The position numbers and the translations under genes were made by a program. A stretch of DNA of 64,000 bases, taken from assembly GCA_048013815.1 (NCBI GenBank), contig CM106586.1:1674001-1738000 (forward strand), read 5' to 3'. The notes beneath the pieces were generated by a model. The model was given only the letters and a program-made list of their open reading frames with translations. It did no database searches and was not told the DNA's origin. This document shows, one piece after another, positions 1 to 11,756 of this stretch. Source of the DNA: Setoptus koraiensis. Its lineage: Eukaryota > Animalia > Arthropoda. Within the stretch, counting starts at the first letter, position 1. The number at the start of each line of letters is the position of its first letter.

Positions 1-2
1 CA

Positions 3-42
3 TGTCGACAAAGACTACATCGTTATTTAGATTATCAAAGTC
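3..42 (-). pseudogene. Fragment nearly identical to the internal coding sequence of RIC8 (48411-48450); continues off the window edge
   Basis: tgtcgacaaagactacatcgttatttagattatcaaagtc matches 48411-48450 at 39/40 nt. The minus strand reads DFDNLNNDVVFVD vs DFDNLNNDGVFVD in RIC8. Similarity stops abruptly at nt 42. Confidence 0.75.
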
Positions 43-251
43 TAGGAATATGTAAGAGTCTAAAATTACAATGTATAACACTGACAAAATATAGTCGAAT
101 ATATATGTGAATATAGTCGAATCACCTGTATTTCGATAATCGGTACATACATCGTACACTGCAAAATGACTTTATTGAATGCCAATAGATGGCGCCTCGA
201 TCGGTGCAAAATTTTATTTGTGCTTCTTCTCCTATATTTCTTTATTATTTC

Positions 252-1463
252 TCAATTTTGTAACGATTTTGTGGATGCGTGAGTTTTCATATGTTTGGTC
301 AGATGATCCGAGCGCATAAATTTCTTGGTACAAATCTGACACAGGAACTTCTTCTCTCCCGTATGGGTCCTGGTGTGTCGGTGTAGTTCGTCGCTACGTG
401 TGAACGCTTTTGTGCACGTGGACCATCCACAAGCGAATGGTTTTTCGCCCGTGTGCCACCTCAAATGGGCCTTCAAATGTGAAGTTTTTCCATATTCTTT
501 GAAGCAACCGGGCACATGACAACAGTGCATGTGCTTCTTAACGGTACCATTTGTGATATCGCCATTGGCACCATTAGTTATGGTGGAAATGGAGAGATCC
601 GGCGGCATTCTTTCCAATTTCAAGCAATTGGGACAATCACAGGTTGCGCGACCAGTTAGGCGACGCTGCAATCTAGTGACAGTTGGCTTGCTTACTGCTG
701 GCTTGGTAGTTGTGGTAGTGTTGTTGTTATGGTGTATTTGTGTGTTATGTAATTGTGTTGGCTGGTTTTGTTGTATTTGTTGTTTGTTGTTTGCTTGAAA
801 CTGTTGGCTTTGCGTATCTTGATTGGCGCCAATGTTGAGCTCAATTTTGATACCATTAGAAGAATAAACACTGGCTGTTTGTTGGCTACTGCTGTTAGGA
901 TTCTGTTGCTGCTGCTGCTGCTGTTGATTCTGGACAGCGATCGGGTGTTGATGTGGAAAGGTGGATGTTGAACAATAGCCAACATTATAAGCAGCAGCAT
1001 AGTTACTGGCATCGTAACTGGTATTTGTGGCCATCATTAATTGTTGCTGATGGTTGCTGTTTAAATGTTGCTGCTCTAAATGATTGCTGCTGAACAGGTG
1101 ATATGGCGTTGCATATCCGTGATGGTGACTTTGTCCACTGATTGTCAGATGGACTTGGTCGTTTGCCTGGTACTGCTGATGAAGCTGTTGCTGGTCGTAT
1201 TGGTGATGTTGGTGCACCATTTGGTGGTGTTGATAATTAGTTGCTGCTTGCTGTTGGGTAGTGGAACCTTGCTGATGGTTGTGGTGCTGATGGCTGTGGT
1301 GCTGATGGTGATGGTTGTATGGGGCCATCATAGTGCTGAAATTGTTTGAATGTGAACCAATCTCTGCAGTCTCATTGCCGGACATGCCGTAGCTTGCAAG
1401 ATGTTGGTGGTGATGATCTGGATGCGATGCCAGTTGTGCAAAATAGCTATCCATGGTAGCCAT
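252..1463 (-). CDS. Sp6-9: Sp-family C2H2 zinc-finger transcription factor, Sp6-9 type, intronless, 403 aa
   Basis: Buttonhead box [10 protein letters not shown] precedes three C2H2 fingers with recognition helices [16 protein letters not shown] and RSDHLTKH and TGEK linkers. The N-terminus is Q/H-rich. AATAAA-type signals lie downstream on the minus strand (tttatt near 171-247). Confidence 0.93.
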   Translation of the reverse strand: MATMDSYFAQLASHPDHHHQHLASYGMSGNETAEIGSHSNNFSTMMAPYNHHHQHHSHQHHNHQQGSTTQQQAATNYQHHQMVHQHHQYDQQQLHQQYQANDQVHLTISGQSHHHGYATPYHLFSSNHLEQQHLNSNHQQQLMMATNTSYDASNYAAAYNVGYCSTSTFPHQHPIAVQNQQQQQQQQNPNSSSQQTASVYSSNGIKIELNIGANQDTQSQQFQANNKQQIQQNQPTQLHNTQIHHNNNTTTTTKPAVSKPTVTRLQRRLTGRATCDCPNCLKLERMPPDLSISTITNGANGDITNGTVKKHMHCCHVPGCFKEYGKTSHLKAHLRWHTGEKPFACGWSTCTKAFTRSDELHRHTRTHTGEKKFLCQICTKKFMRSDHLTKHMKTHASTKSLQN

Positions 1464-1875
1464 ATTATTACGTTATTATTTTGTCGATGTTGTTGTTATT
1501 ATTGTTCTAAAATAATAGTAATGATAAAAGTAAAGATTAAAAACGTTATAGTTCGAGAATTGTTTGAACTATATTGTTGTGGGCCGAGTGATTGTGCTGT
1601 TGTGCTTGCTTCGATTCGTGCTTCTATGGTCGCGTTTGATGGGCCCGTTCTGCGCATTTGTTCGATGTACGCATGCACTGTGTGCATATATTCGCAACAC
1701 TGAACACTGTACAGTGTGTGTGTGCGTGTGTGTGTGAGGGTGTTGTGATGCGCACATCGAACAAACTCAAACTGCTGACGAAATTCAAAAAGAGCGCCAA
1801 TGAACAAGAGTTCGTCAAAAAGTCTCTCGCAGAGAGATATCAAATTGAGTGACTCACACACAACAAATATACAAA

Positions 1876-2765
1876 ATGATGAGTCTAATGTTTAGCTCGA
1901 ATCGATGCTCTCATTAGTAATAATATTACATTACAACATTCTCGTGATAATATATGAAGAATTCGTGCTCCACTCGACGCTGACAACAACACTGGACAAC
2001 AACACTGGACAACGGTGCGTCAATAAAGGTTGTGCCCTGTGTGTTCATTTCGATGGTTATCCGACACCAACTACCGACACCAGTCAACGTTCGAGCAAGC
2101 GAAAGGTGATGTCAATGGTGTGTGTATCGACCTTTCACATGCTCGGCGAATCCTATTCGCGTTGCTATATAAGCGAGCGATATAAGTTAAGAAGTGCTCC
2201 TTCTCATTCTCTGTCAGTGCCATAGCTGATGTCCACAAACAATAATAATTCCATCGCCAGCAAGAGATGATAATTGGAGCACTAACACCAGATGATGGCC
2301 AAAACAACAATGCCAGAGGGCGCAATCATGCCACAATGTTTACTTCTTTTTATCTTCCCCTCCTCTATTCGAAACTAATAAACTCTGCTGTTGTTAGTGT
2401 TGTTGCAATACATAACAACACAGCTAGAGCAAATTTGCTGTTTCTGCTCATACACTACAAATGGTGATGATGCCGATGATTATTATCACTACATGTAAAT
2501 AAGGCATCCATTGTCCATTTGTGCCGCTACATTGTGTGCGACGCTGCAAAAGAGAAAAAGAAAATCAGCGCTAAAAATTAAAATTTTCATACGTGTGTAA
2601 TGTGATCTACATCTTGCTTGCCAGTATATGATAAGGGGAATCACAAGCAACTTGTATAGGCTTAAATGGTTTGCATTTGCCAATTAATTGTTGTTGTTCT
2701 AGTTGTGGTATTATAGTACCACAAGTAACTGCATAAATTGTAAATCTTATAAAGCATCACCGGCT
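1876..2765 (+). repeat. Copy A of a ~0.9-kb dispersed direct repeat (copy B at 16198-17100)
   Basis: Colinear by-eye alignment to 16198-17100 with scattered substitutions and small indels. 2423-2541 is identical to 16742-16860 (119 bp). No terminal inverted repeats or target-site duplication seen. Confidence 0.95.
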
Positions 2766-5119
2766 CGATGGGTAATATACGCCAATGATTGGTGTTTGCA
2801 TAATGATGATTGATCAATTATTGCACAACGAACCAATAGTGTACTTATTCGCTAATGGGCTCATGTTTGCTCCCTGTTTGTGGCAGTAATCATACTTTCA
2901 TTCCAATCCGTCCGGCTAGCCAGCAACAGCAACACTAACAATGACCCTAACAACAGCGGCGCGAACAATATTGCTAGTGTATCGGCAGAATTGATTTTTG
3001 GCGTGATCAAGTGATCTATTGATCAATGGTGGCTTATGGCTCAACAGTTGCTTGCCTACAACAACAACAGTTCACCAAACACAACACACATAGAATAAAA
3101 CTAAAATCAATAACGATATCGATTGATTTGGCAACTCATGCATCAATTGTCAGATATTTTGTCCGCTACAGTTGCATCAGCATATCATCTCTCGCTTGGT
3201 AGGTCTGGCTCTTTTCTTTAGTTTTCGTCTAGACATGACGAGCCAGAATGACGGAAATCACAACAACATATAACACTGCAACAAGACCTCCCCATCGTCA
3301 TTGTATATTATTTAATGGCGGCTATTATGCGACGACTATTCATGCGTTTCTTGCGTGCTATTAATTTCATAATAGCCATAACTCATAGATAGACGTAACA
3401 TAGAGGTTGCTAAGGTACACGACCATTAATCATGCTCATCACTCTTGTGCCTGTTGTTATGTTGTTCATATTAGGACAGATGCTGTTGTCGAGATCTAAT
3501 TATGAGTCATGCACCACGCTTCGTGTTTTTATGTAAAAACAACAACAACAACAAGTATGGCACAATTGTATGCTAACATGGCTCTATCTAGTGATGTAGA
3601 CCTAGTGGTCATTTGTCCCGTGTTTCCATTTGCCATCAATCACCACAGTGGCCAATAAGCGATGATTAGAGGTCATCGCTATTCATTGTCGATGATGACG
3701 CCGATTCGATGGTGTGACGTGGTGTCTACGATGCATGATGCCGTGTTGTTACATCATTCACTGCTTGTATTATCACTACTTCTATCAAGATAAAATAATC
3801 GCAACAATTCAACGCAACGAGCCAACGAAACAACGACTCCCTGTGTCAGTACAATGGCTTCAACACAGACTAATTATCCATGTTGCCTCGACGCTAACAA
3901 TAATTAAATAAGCAGCAGCAACAATAACAGCCTCTAGACACGAAGACTTTTCTTGTCAGTCGTCAATCAATCGTCCAAGTCAGAGTTACACTCAGAGTCA
4001 AGTTCAAATAATCGCTGCAGCCAGACGTCGCATTGGTTGTCAATATCGTACTTTGGCCAACAAAATCGCAACCGGTCAGTTCGATCATGTCGACTATGTC
4101 CATCGAGTAACAGCAGCATCCTTGTTCCAGATCAGCCTCGCATGGACAGGATAAGTTGTTGGAGCACACACACACTAACTCAATCGACTAACTTAATTGG
4201 CTCTCTCTCTCTCTCTCTCTCTTTTCACCGGGCGCTTAACAGCAAAATGATCACTCGTATGTCTGTCTATATTTGTGTCCATGTGAGCCGGTGCTGGCGG
4301 TGGTGTTGTTCATTAATTATTGCCGTTGCTAGTTGTCTACCACCGAACAACAAAACGATACTAATAATAATAATCATAATTTATGTTAATTTGTTTCTTG
4401 TATTTTCTTTTTGCTCTCTTCTGCTTCCTCAGTTGGTGAGAGAGAGTCAATATAAAAGAAAATTAATAGCCTAGGCGTTCATTAGTCGGCGCCAGATAGT
4501 GTGTAGTGGACGCTCGAACCCTTTGCTGTTCTTTAGTCCCACCGACACTACCTGTGTTTGTGTGTAAAAATATTAAAAGACAATGCTGCCATGTTGTAGT
4601 AACATCACTCTTGAAATGCGTGTGGCTCAAGCCTGTCGGTGTGCAACAAACAAACAAGTTGGACAGGTGAACAATACTCTACGAGTCATCGATTGTTGTT
4701 GCCGTTGCCGTTGTTGTTATCTCTATACAAATGAGCGTCGACTATTAACATGATGGAAACATGAACATGAAAATCGTGATCTACTTTACAAAACTAACAT
4801 TGACTTGCACGTACTACGCGTACAGCAACTACTACTACTACCATTACTAGTCGCTGCTAATTGTGAAAAGAGTTGAGCCTTCCTCGTCATATTGTTGATG
4901 CTGCCGATGAGGGCTGCTTCTGACACATTAATAATATATTTAAAAGGCCAACAATGTACAGCATATATAGCACAGGTGATACAGTACGAGCCGAAAGCGG
5001 CTTCTTTTGTTATGGACGCCGGCGCCACCTATTGTCTCGCTTGTTGGCGGCTGATCAGATGTGTTCTTTGGGTCCGATTCGCCACACTTAAGAGCAGTGA
5101 TTTTTAAAAACAATACCCA

Positions 5120-5630
5120 TCTTCAAAGATGATTGGTATTGTTTCTGAAACGCCTGTCAGTCCTTCTCGGGTAGAACTCTCTCTCTCTCTCTCTCTGCCT
5201 TCAAAGTACTTTGCAACTTTCTCTCGCCGCACTTGTTTGATATCGGTGCCATAGCGATATTTATAAACTTAGGAGCAGTTTGCCTCACTCTTTACCTCTC
5301 ACCTCTAGACCCCAACCGATATAACGACTAGACATTCTATTGATGAGCTCCAAATGTAGATCCTCGATGCTGATTAGTTGTCGTGGTTGTAAATTTGGTG
5401 ATATCGCGGCGAAGAAATATGGTTTCGCCCTCCATACGGGTGAACGTGTAAGAGCAATCAATTCGGAGGTGACAAATCTACATCGTGATTGGCTATAGAG
5501 TCAATTATCGAAATCGAGGGCAGCCTAGGCTTGCTTATGCGTGTGCCCCTTAGTGTAGCTGGCACAGTCTCTGAATCGCCTACTGAAGTTAATGACTTCC
5601 AAAACGACAATGTATTTGTGTGAGCTAGAG
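5120..5630 (-). pseudogene. Decayed paralog of B4GALT7 (xylosylprotein galactosyltransferase I)
   Basis: Core 5304-5502 aligns to 22605-22816 at about 79% nt (hand count) with a 13-nt deletion. It translates to DSIANHDVDLSPPN*...HISSPRYHQIYNHDN, frameshift, LHLELINRMSSRYIGWGLE, versus DYIAIHDVDLLPLNP...HIASPRYHPIYNYDN...LHFELVNGMSNRYFGWGLE. Flanks align only weakly, so the outer coordinates are approximate. Confidence 0.9.
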
Positions 5631-8600
5631 TACCCAATGAACACAGTCATACACAGACGCAAACTGACCATACAGACATTCGCGCAGCGACGTCAACAAC
5701 GAAAAGTAATCGCTGCATCATCAATAGTAATAATTGATGTTGCTGTTTTGATGTAAGCGACAACCGTCTAGGAACAGCCATAACCAACCATATTGTGGCC
5801 TCAGCTAATGCAAAAAGCACACAACAAGATTAATCAATCGTATCATCTTGCCATCGGAACTTGCTGGTGTGTTCTGTCGGACACAGCTGCCAGACAAACC
5901 GGTTGAGCTTGCCAGATACAAAATAATTCCAGTCCGATTGTTAGAGTTTATCGCAACTAAGTTGCGTCCATGTGTGTTTCAGCATATTCATGCCAGTTAT
6001 ATAAAAATTTCTCGTTATGCTAGTTCGTGTGGGTACGCTGCTGATGTTGTATTGGCCAGAGACGAGAATGGACAGAACTCAGAATGTGTGTACATGTCTG
6101 CCATAACAAATATCCACGCGCCATAATAAAACAATCTACGACTTCAAGGATGAATCGATTATGACCACTGACGTAACACACGCAAAGACAAGTGCTGAAG
6201 CCACAAAAAACCGGCAGCGATAATTTGTTTGTGTGCTGGCCATCGTCGTTCAGCTTACCTGGTCTGACCATCGTCAATATAGTCATAATTAGCTACCATT
6301 CCATTCACAGTGCAACAAGCGCAACTGCAACACATTGTGGCGGCTAAAAGAGCGAAGCAAAGTCAAAATCGATGCGCTTCATCTAGTGGTTGCCTCTTCT
6401 TCTTCTTCCTCCATCTTTGATCTTGTCGGATAAACACTTGAGTCGGTGTTCCAAATTTCATTGTTCTTGGTTAAGGTATAGTCACACATTGTGTATTGTG
6501 CTTTCTTGTGTGTGTGTGTGTGTGTATTGTCCGCTACATCAGTATTGTTTTTTGCTGCTGCTGTTGTTGTTTTCATTATAACTAGTAGCGCACGCATATG
6601 AAAAGAAACAACTATGGTGGCAAAAGACAACATACATACTAATACTAAGCACCAGAAGCATTATAATGGCAATCACTATTAACGTCAATTAACTTTAATC
6701 TGGACATGGTCAGTGTGTGCGCCAGCTGATACTGGCCTGAAGATGATTTTTAAAAGTATGACGGGCCGAACAAGTCACATTTGTATAGTCAAGATTTTCT
6801 TTAAAGTTGTGCGCTTGTTTCAGCCAGCCGTCATACCCATTTTCTGTAGAGTTCTAGATTAGCAGCTCTATCACCTGATGACTATCGACATTAGTGTTGT
6901 TCTGGTGTTAAAACTGCAGCGACAGAAGCAGCAGCAGCAGCGGCAACAGCAACATGGAACGTTAAAACATGGACACACACTGTAGAGAATGATTTCTACA
7001 AATGGTGTATAGTTGCCTTCGAAGAATCGTCCCATCATCGATTCATCATCGTCCAATTCATTCATGTTCACCTTGACACTTTGATTTTCGCATCCTTTTT
7101 GTTTGTTATAGTAATGATTGTTTGCAAGATATGAGCAAGCAGCAACAAAATAGCGAGTGCTGTTGATGTTGTTGGTTTAGTAGTAAGAGTGAGCCTGCCA
7201 TTAATGTATTGGCCAGTATGTTTGTCTGAACACTCTACAGCAACCGTTAGCGGCGACAAGATAAAATGATGCTATCTGGCATGTCAACAACAATGATGAT
7301 CTTGAGTGTGTGTTCTTCTATGAATGACCATATCCATGAATGTATGTATGTATGTATTATTAGCAATATAAAGTATGCATATTGTTTGTTTGTTTGCCTA
7401 TTTGTTTGCTTGTGCGTACGTGTGTCCATAAATACCCAATGTTTATTTATCTCTAGTAGGTGATGATGATCCATCCGAGCTGCTTCCATACTGAGGTGGT
7501 GATAGATGTGTTGAGATATCGCGTTCACTCACGCACTTGTCCTATTTGTAAAACATATTACAATGATAAAAAGTGACCTACATATTAGAACAATGGAGCA
7601 AATATGAATGGCCGCGATACTAATCGATGAAAGTGCATGATGTGATCATGATAAATTACTTATGCTCTCTCTCTCTCTCTCTCTCCCTCTGTCTGTCTGT
7701 CTGTCTCTCCGTCGCTGTTTCTCTGTTGCCAAGACAGTGGAAATTCAGTTCAGGTGAGCAACCATTCATAACTCCTCTCTACTAGCTCGGTGTGTTCCGG
7801 TTGTGATGAAAAATTTGACCAAACAGCAAATATGACATATACGAATGTGAAGTCGACGTGTGTTGTCTCTTGGCAGCTACACGATTATGTGTGTCATATT
7901 CCATGTGAATTTTTGCCATGACTAATGCGAACAGACATTAGGCGATAAATAACAAGCAGTGAAGCCTGGCGAGGTGAGCTGGCGACGGCTCCGGCCAAAT
8001 CATTTTATAATTATACTCATAAGTACGACGATGATAATAATGGAGCCAGTTAGAAAATGGGCAGTGCATAAATAAATAAATGCATGGAAGAAGCGTGATA
8101 AAATTGTTTAAAATTTATGTGCCAGTGGTAAGCCTTTCCCTTTCATGGGCGCATCGGGCCATCGCTGTTAGCATTGGTGTTAGCATCGGTGTTAGCATCG
8201 GTGTTCGCATTGGTGTGTGAGTGGGCCGGCGGGCAACCGAGTCACACACGCTGATTGATTCATTCATCGCGCCTATAAGCTGAATCGAATCGAATTGTTT
8301 TCGTCGTCCACTCATCACATTTGTGCATTATTCTATATTCTATGTGATTGCTTCGGCGTTGCTTCGTGCACCAACGTCGAACCCACAGCAAAGTTTATGT
8401 GAAATAGCCAATTGTATTGGTAATAGTTGGTTGAAGTGCCACCGTCGACAGCATGGCTTGTCGTTGTGTGTAGCAAGGTCAGCATTTGGGCACATTGGCA
8501 CACTGACACGCACACTCGGCAATAAAAAAGGATGGCGATTGTGGCAACGGAAATGCGTGTGCCGGCTACAACAATGTCCAACTGTACGAATTGAAATTAT

Positions 8601-9709
8601 TATTATTGTTGTTGTTGTTGTTGTTCTATGCACATGTCAATAATAATGGCGCCGACAGCATCGCAATTGGCTCTTTGTTGTTAATTCTATTAACATTGTA
8701 CCTTCGCCATTACAGTGTATGTACAGTATAGTTTGTACAACATGTTGCTCATATAGGGTGTCTTAATCAAGCCAGCATAGTCCAGAAACACATGTGCAGC
8801 ACACAAGCACAGACAGTGCAAAGTAGTTTTATGTGCTGCTGTTGTACCACGACAATAAACACGCTCAAAGTCAAGCTACGCTCGAACTGTGCGATTCAAG
8901 CGGCACAGGTTTTTCTGATGCACCTAAATTAGTTTACAAAAAGTCCACGAGAGCCGCGCTGCAGTGCATTCTTCGTTGAACAAAGTGTGAGCAGCGCCTC
9001 TGTTGGATATTTCATAAACCATCGGTGCACATTGGAAGCAGCGCGCAGTGTTTGTGTGAAGACAATGCACTGTGGAAGGTAGCGTAGCATAATCTGTACG
9101 CAAACATTCTGTAATAATTATTTTACAGTCAACACACTGTCACTATATTGTGCGATAACGCCTCAACGTGTTGCTACACGACCTACCCATTGGTTGGTAC
9201 ACGGCGACGATTCGTCGATTGGTTGCTTAACTAACGAATGCACGATGCACGAGACAAAAGTTGGCATAAACACACAACTTGACACTCAAATCGAATCGAT
9301 AGCGAGCTCGTTGTTTGCCTGATAACCGTTGTTATCAACACCAACGTGCGTGTGTTTAAACAAACAATTTAATCGTCATCTAATGAATAATTTATTCTGT
9401 TGATATCTATCCATTTTATGCAACGCGCCCCCCCCCCACTCACCTCTCCCCTTTTCCCCATCACTGAATTCACTTCACCTCTTGGCCCAATTTCTTACCT
9501 GGTCTCAGGTCTGGCCAATCCAACAACAGATCTATGTTGCACTTAATCTTGTTATCCGCGATACATTTTCGCGCGCCTTTCATCATCCATCATATAATCT
9601 GTTAATTGTTGTTTTTTGCAATCAACGCTCCACTACTGCATCTAGCGAAATAGCGTATAAATTTATAAAAATTAATATCAAAAATTAATAAAGCGACACA
9701 AAATACATC

Positions 9710-11756
9710 ATGTTCGCGGCACCAACCTCGTCGGGCTACCTGGGCGGATTCCGCACCAACGATCTGCATTGGTCTGACACTGACAAGTGTGTCATGCGTC
9801 AACGGATTAGCTATTTTGATTTGGTGAGACAACGCGCTGAACAGCAAGAGGCCAACAGGCGACGAATGAAACTTGTCACATTTCTGCTCACTTGGGTGGT
9901 GATGGTTCCTCCTCGTGATCACGTGATCACATTGAAATGGAAACTACTCTTGTGGACAAGAACAACAATTTATTTCTACATTTTATCCAAGTTATTATCT
10001 ACAATATTTTATCCTGATCAACTCATGCCCATATACGGCGATGCTGGCTTCAGTTTTGGACATCTCAAACTCATCATGTATCTAACTTGTGCCGGCGTGT
10101 CCACCTTCATGCACGCAAATAGTTTTCTATTTCGAAGAAATTTCGATTGGACCTTCTACGACACACTGGCAGACGACGGATCGGATCACAATCTCGTCTA
10201 TAACGATGAGGCCATACTTAAAACAAAACTGAAAAAGCCCAACTTTTCATCCGATTTACTAATTGAGGATGACATCTTGAATGGCATGAACAATAGAAAT
10301 TTGTTGCACGACAAAGGCAACCTGTATCTAGTTTCTTCGCATTTCTATCTCACAAAACATACCAATGATGCCTCAGCTCGGGACACCAACTCGAGACCTT
10401 TGTCACCTACAATGATACAGCGCACCGACGAAGACGTGCAACCATATGCAGAAAAGAGTTTTTTCTCATTCAGAGGAAATCGGGTTGCCCATGAAAATCA
10501 AGCACCCAAATATCCCACCACGAACGAAGTGAAAGTGAAAGTCAACGCTGATGAAGCTGATGAGCAAGATATCATAAAATCGTGGCGCTATATTGTGAGG
10601 CTACAATTCCGGCAGATGCTGAGAGTGTGCAGATTCGATCACATGCACGATAGTGGCGTTTTCGCTGGCAAAGCAACTGTAATCGGTATAATGGTTCAGA
10701 CAGTTTTTATGTCATTGCTCTACTTTGGTGCTTACTTTTTCATTGATCGTAACAAATTTAAACAACAATATCCTCAAATGAACGAATCAATACAGATCTT
10801 ATATTTGCTTGAATTCTGGTATCTCTATTTAGAGATGATTATTTCAGCTCTAGTATTTCTGATTATGTATCTGTTATCATGCATTCACGGTATTGAGTTG
10901 AGCGAAAAATTGTATTTACAATTGAAGTTATGCGCAGATGAATGCTACGAGATGTTTGGCAGTCTCCATTCAGATCAAACATATGCATCGGAAACGCACG
11001 AATTCAACACGAAGAAAGAGAATGATACTTGCGAAGATCCTCTCTGTTTTCATCCTAATAGTCACAACGAACTATACAAACTACATCAAAGAATAGTATG
11101 GCTCCTAAACAGTATTCAGATGTATTCTTTTTACCTTTCGGACAGAACAAGGATCTGGGTTTTTTTCTTGAGTGGTGGAGTGTTGATTGTGAATTTCCTT
11201 TTCATATCCATTACCTGGCAGATGACACTTGTCATAACAGAACTGAAGGAAAGTAGCGCAGCACTTCTAAGAGTTCTTGCAGGAGCGATGTCACCTCTTT
11301 TTTATTACTGTTTCTTGGCAGCGATTTGTACAAAAACAGGAGAACTGCACCACAAGGTAAGCGCTTAACACTTGACCATTATAATTGTTTGCAACAACCT
11401 CTTATGGTTTTAGACATTAAGTGCAAATCTTATTTTAATTGTCTAGTTCGAGAAATTCGACATTCCTATACGCACGATTGAGGCCCTGCTACCAGCATAC
11501 GGTCGATTCAAAGAATTGAAATCCATAATAAGAATCAAAGGGAATATGTGGAAGAGGCGTGCCCGTACCTCCATATTGGGTATTTTACCCTTGACCAAAA
11601 TGACTATGTTTCTAGTGAGTTGCTGCATCGCTTAAGAACTCTTCCTAACAGTCGATGCCCAATACTAACGTATAACCTGTTCTAAATTACCCATAGGCTC
11701 TTTCATGGTCAGGTAGTATTATATTGGCTTTGAGGCAAGGATTTGTCTATATGTAG
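9710..11756 (+). CDS. Gustatory-receptor-like (7TM chemoreceptor/ion-channel family) protein; join(9710..11356,11447..11614,11697..11756), about 624 aa
   Basis: Several hydrophobic segments in exon 1. Two phase-0 GT-AG introns (AAG|gtaagc...gtctag and CTA|gtgagt...tactaac...ccatag). The spliced C-terminus RTSILGILPLTKMTMFL|ALSWSGSIILALRQGFVYM resembles the GR TM7 region (G-hh-x-h...TY-hhhh-QF-like) and the typical GR C-terminal intron layout. Confidence 0.72.

Noticed and set aside
529-1349. Plus-strand ORFs antisense to the Sp gene, and similar shadow ORFs over the GPCR, RIC8, mago and Tudor-SN
   Set aside because: Shadow frames of real coding sequence. The poly-L/V/C content comes from the complement of CAA/CAG repeats.
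3235-3246. ATGACGAGCCAG identical to the UFM1 start
   Set aside because: A 12-mer match is expected by chance many times in 64 kb, and it does not extend.
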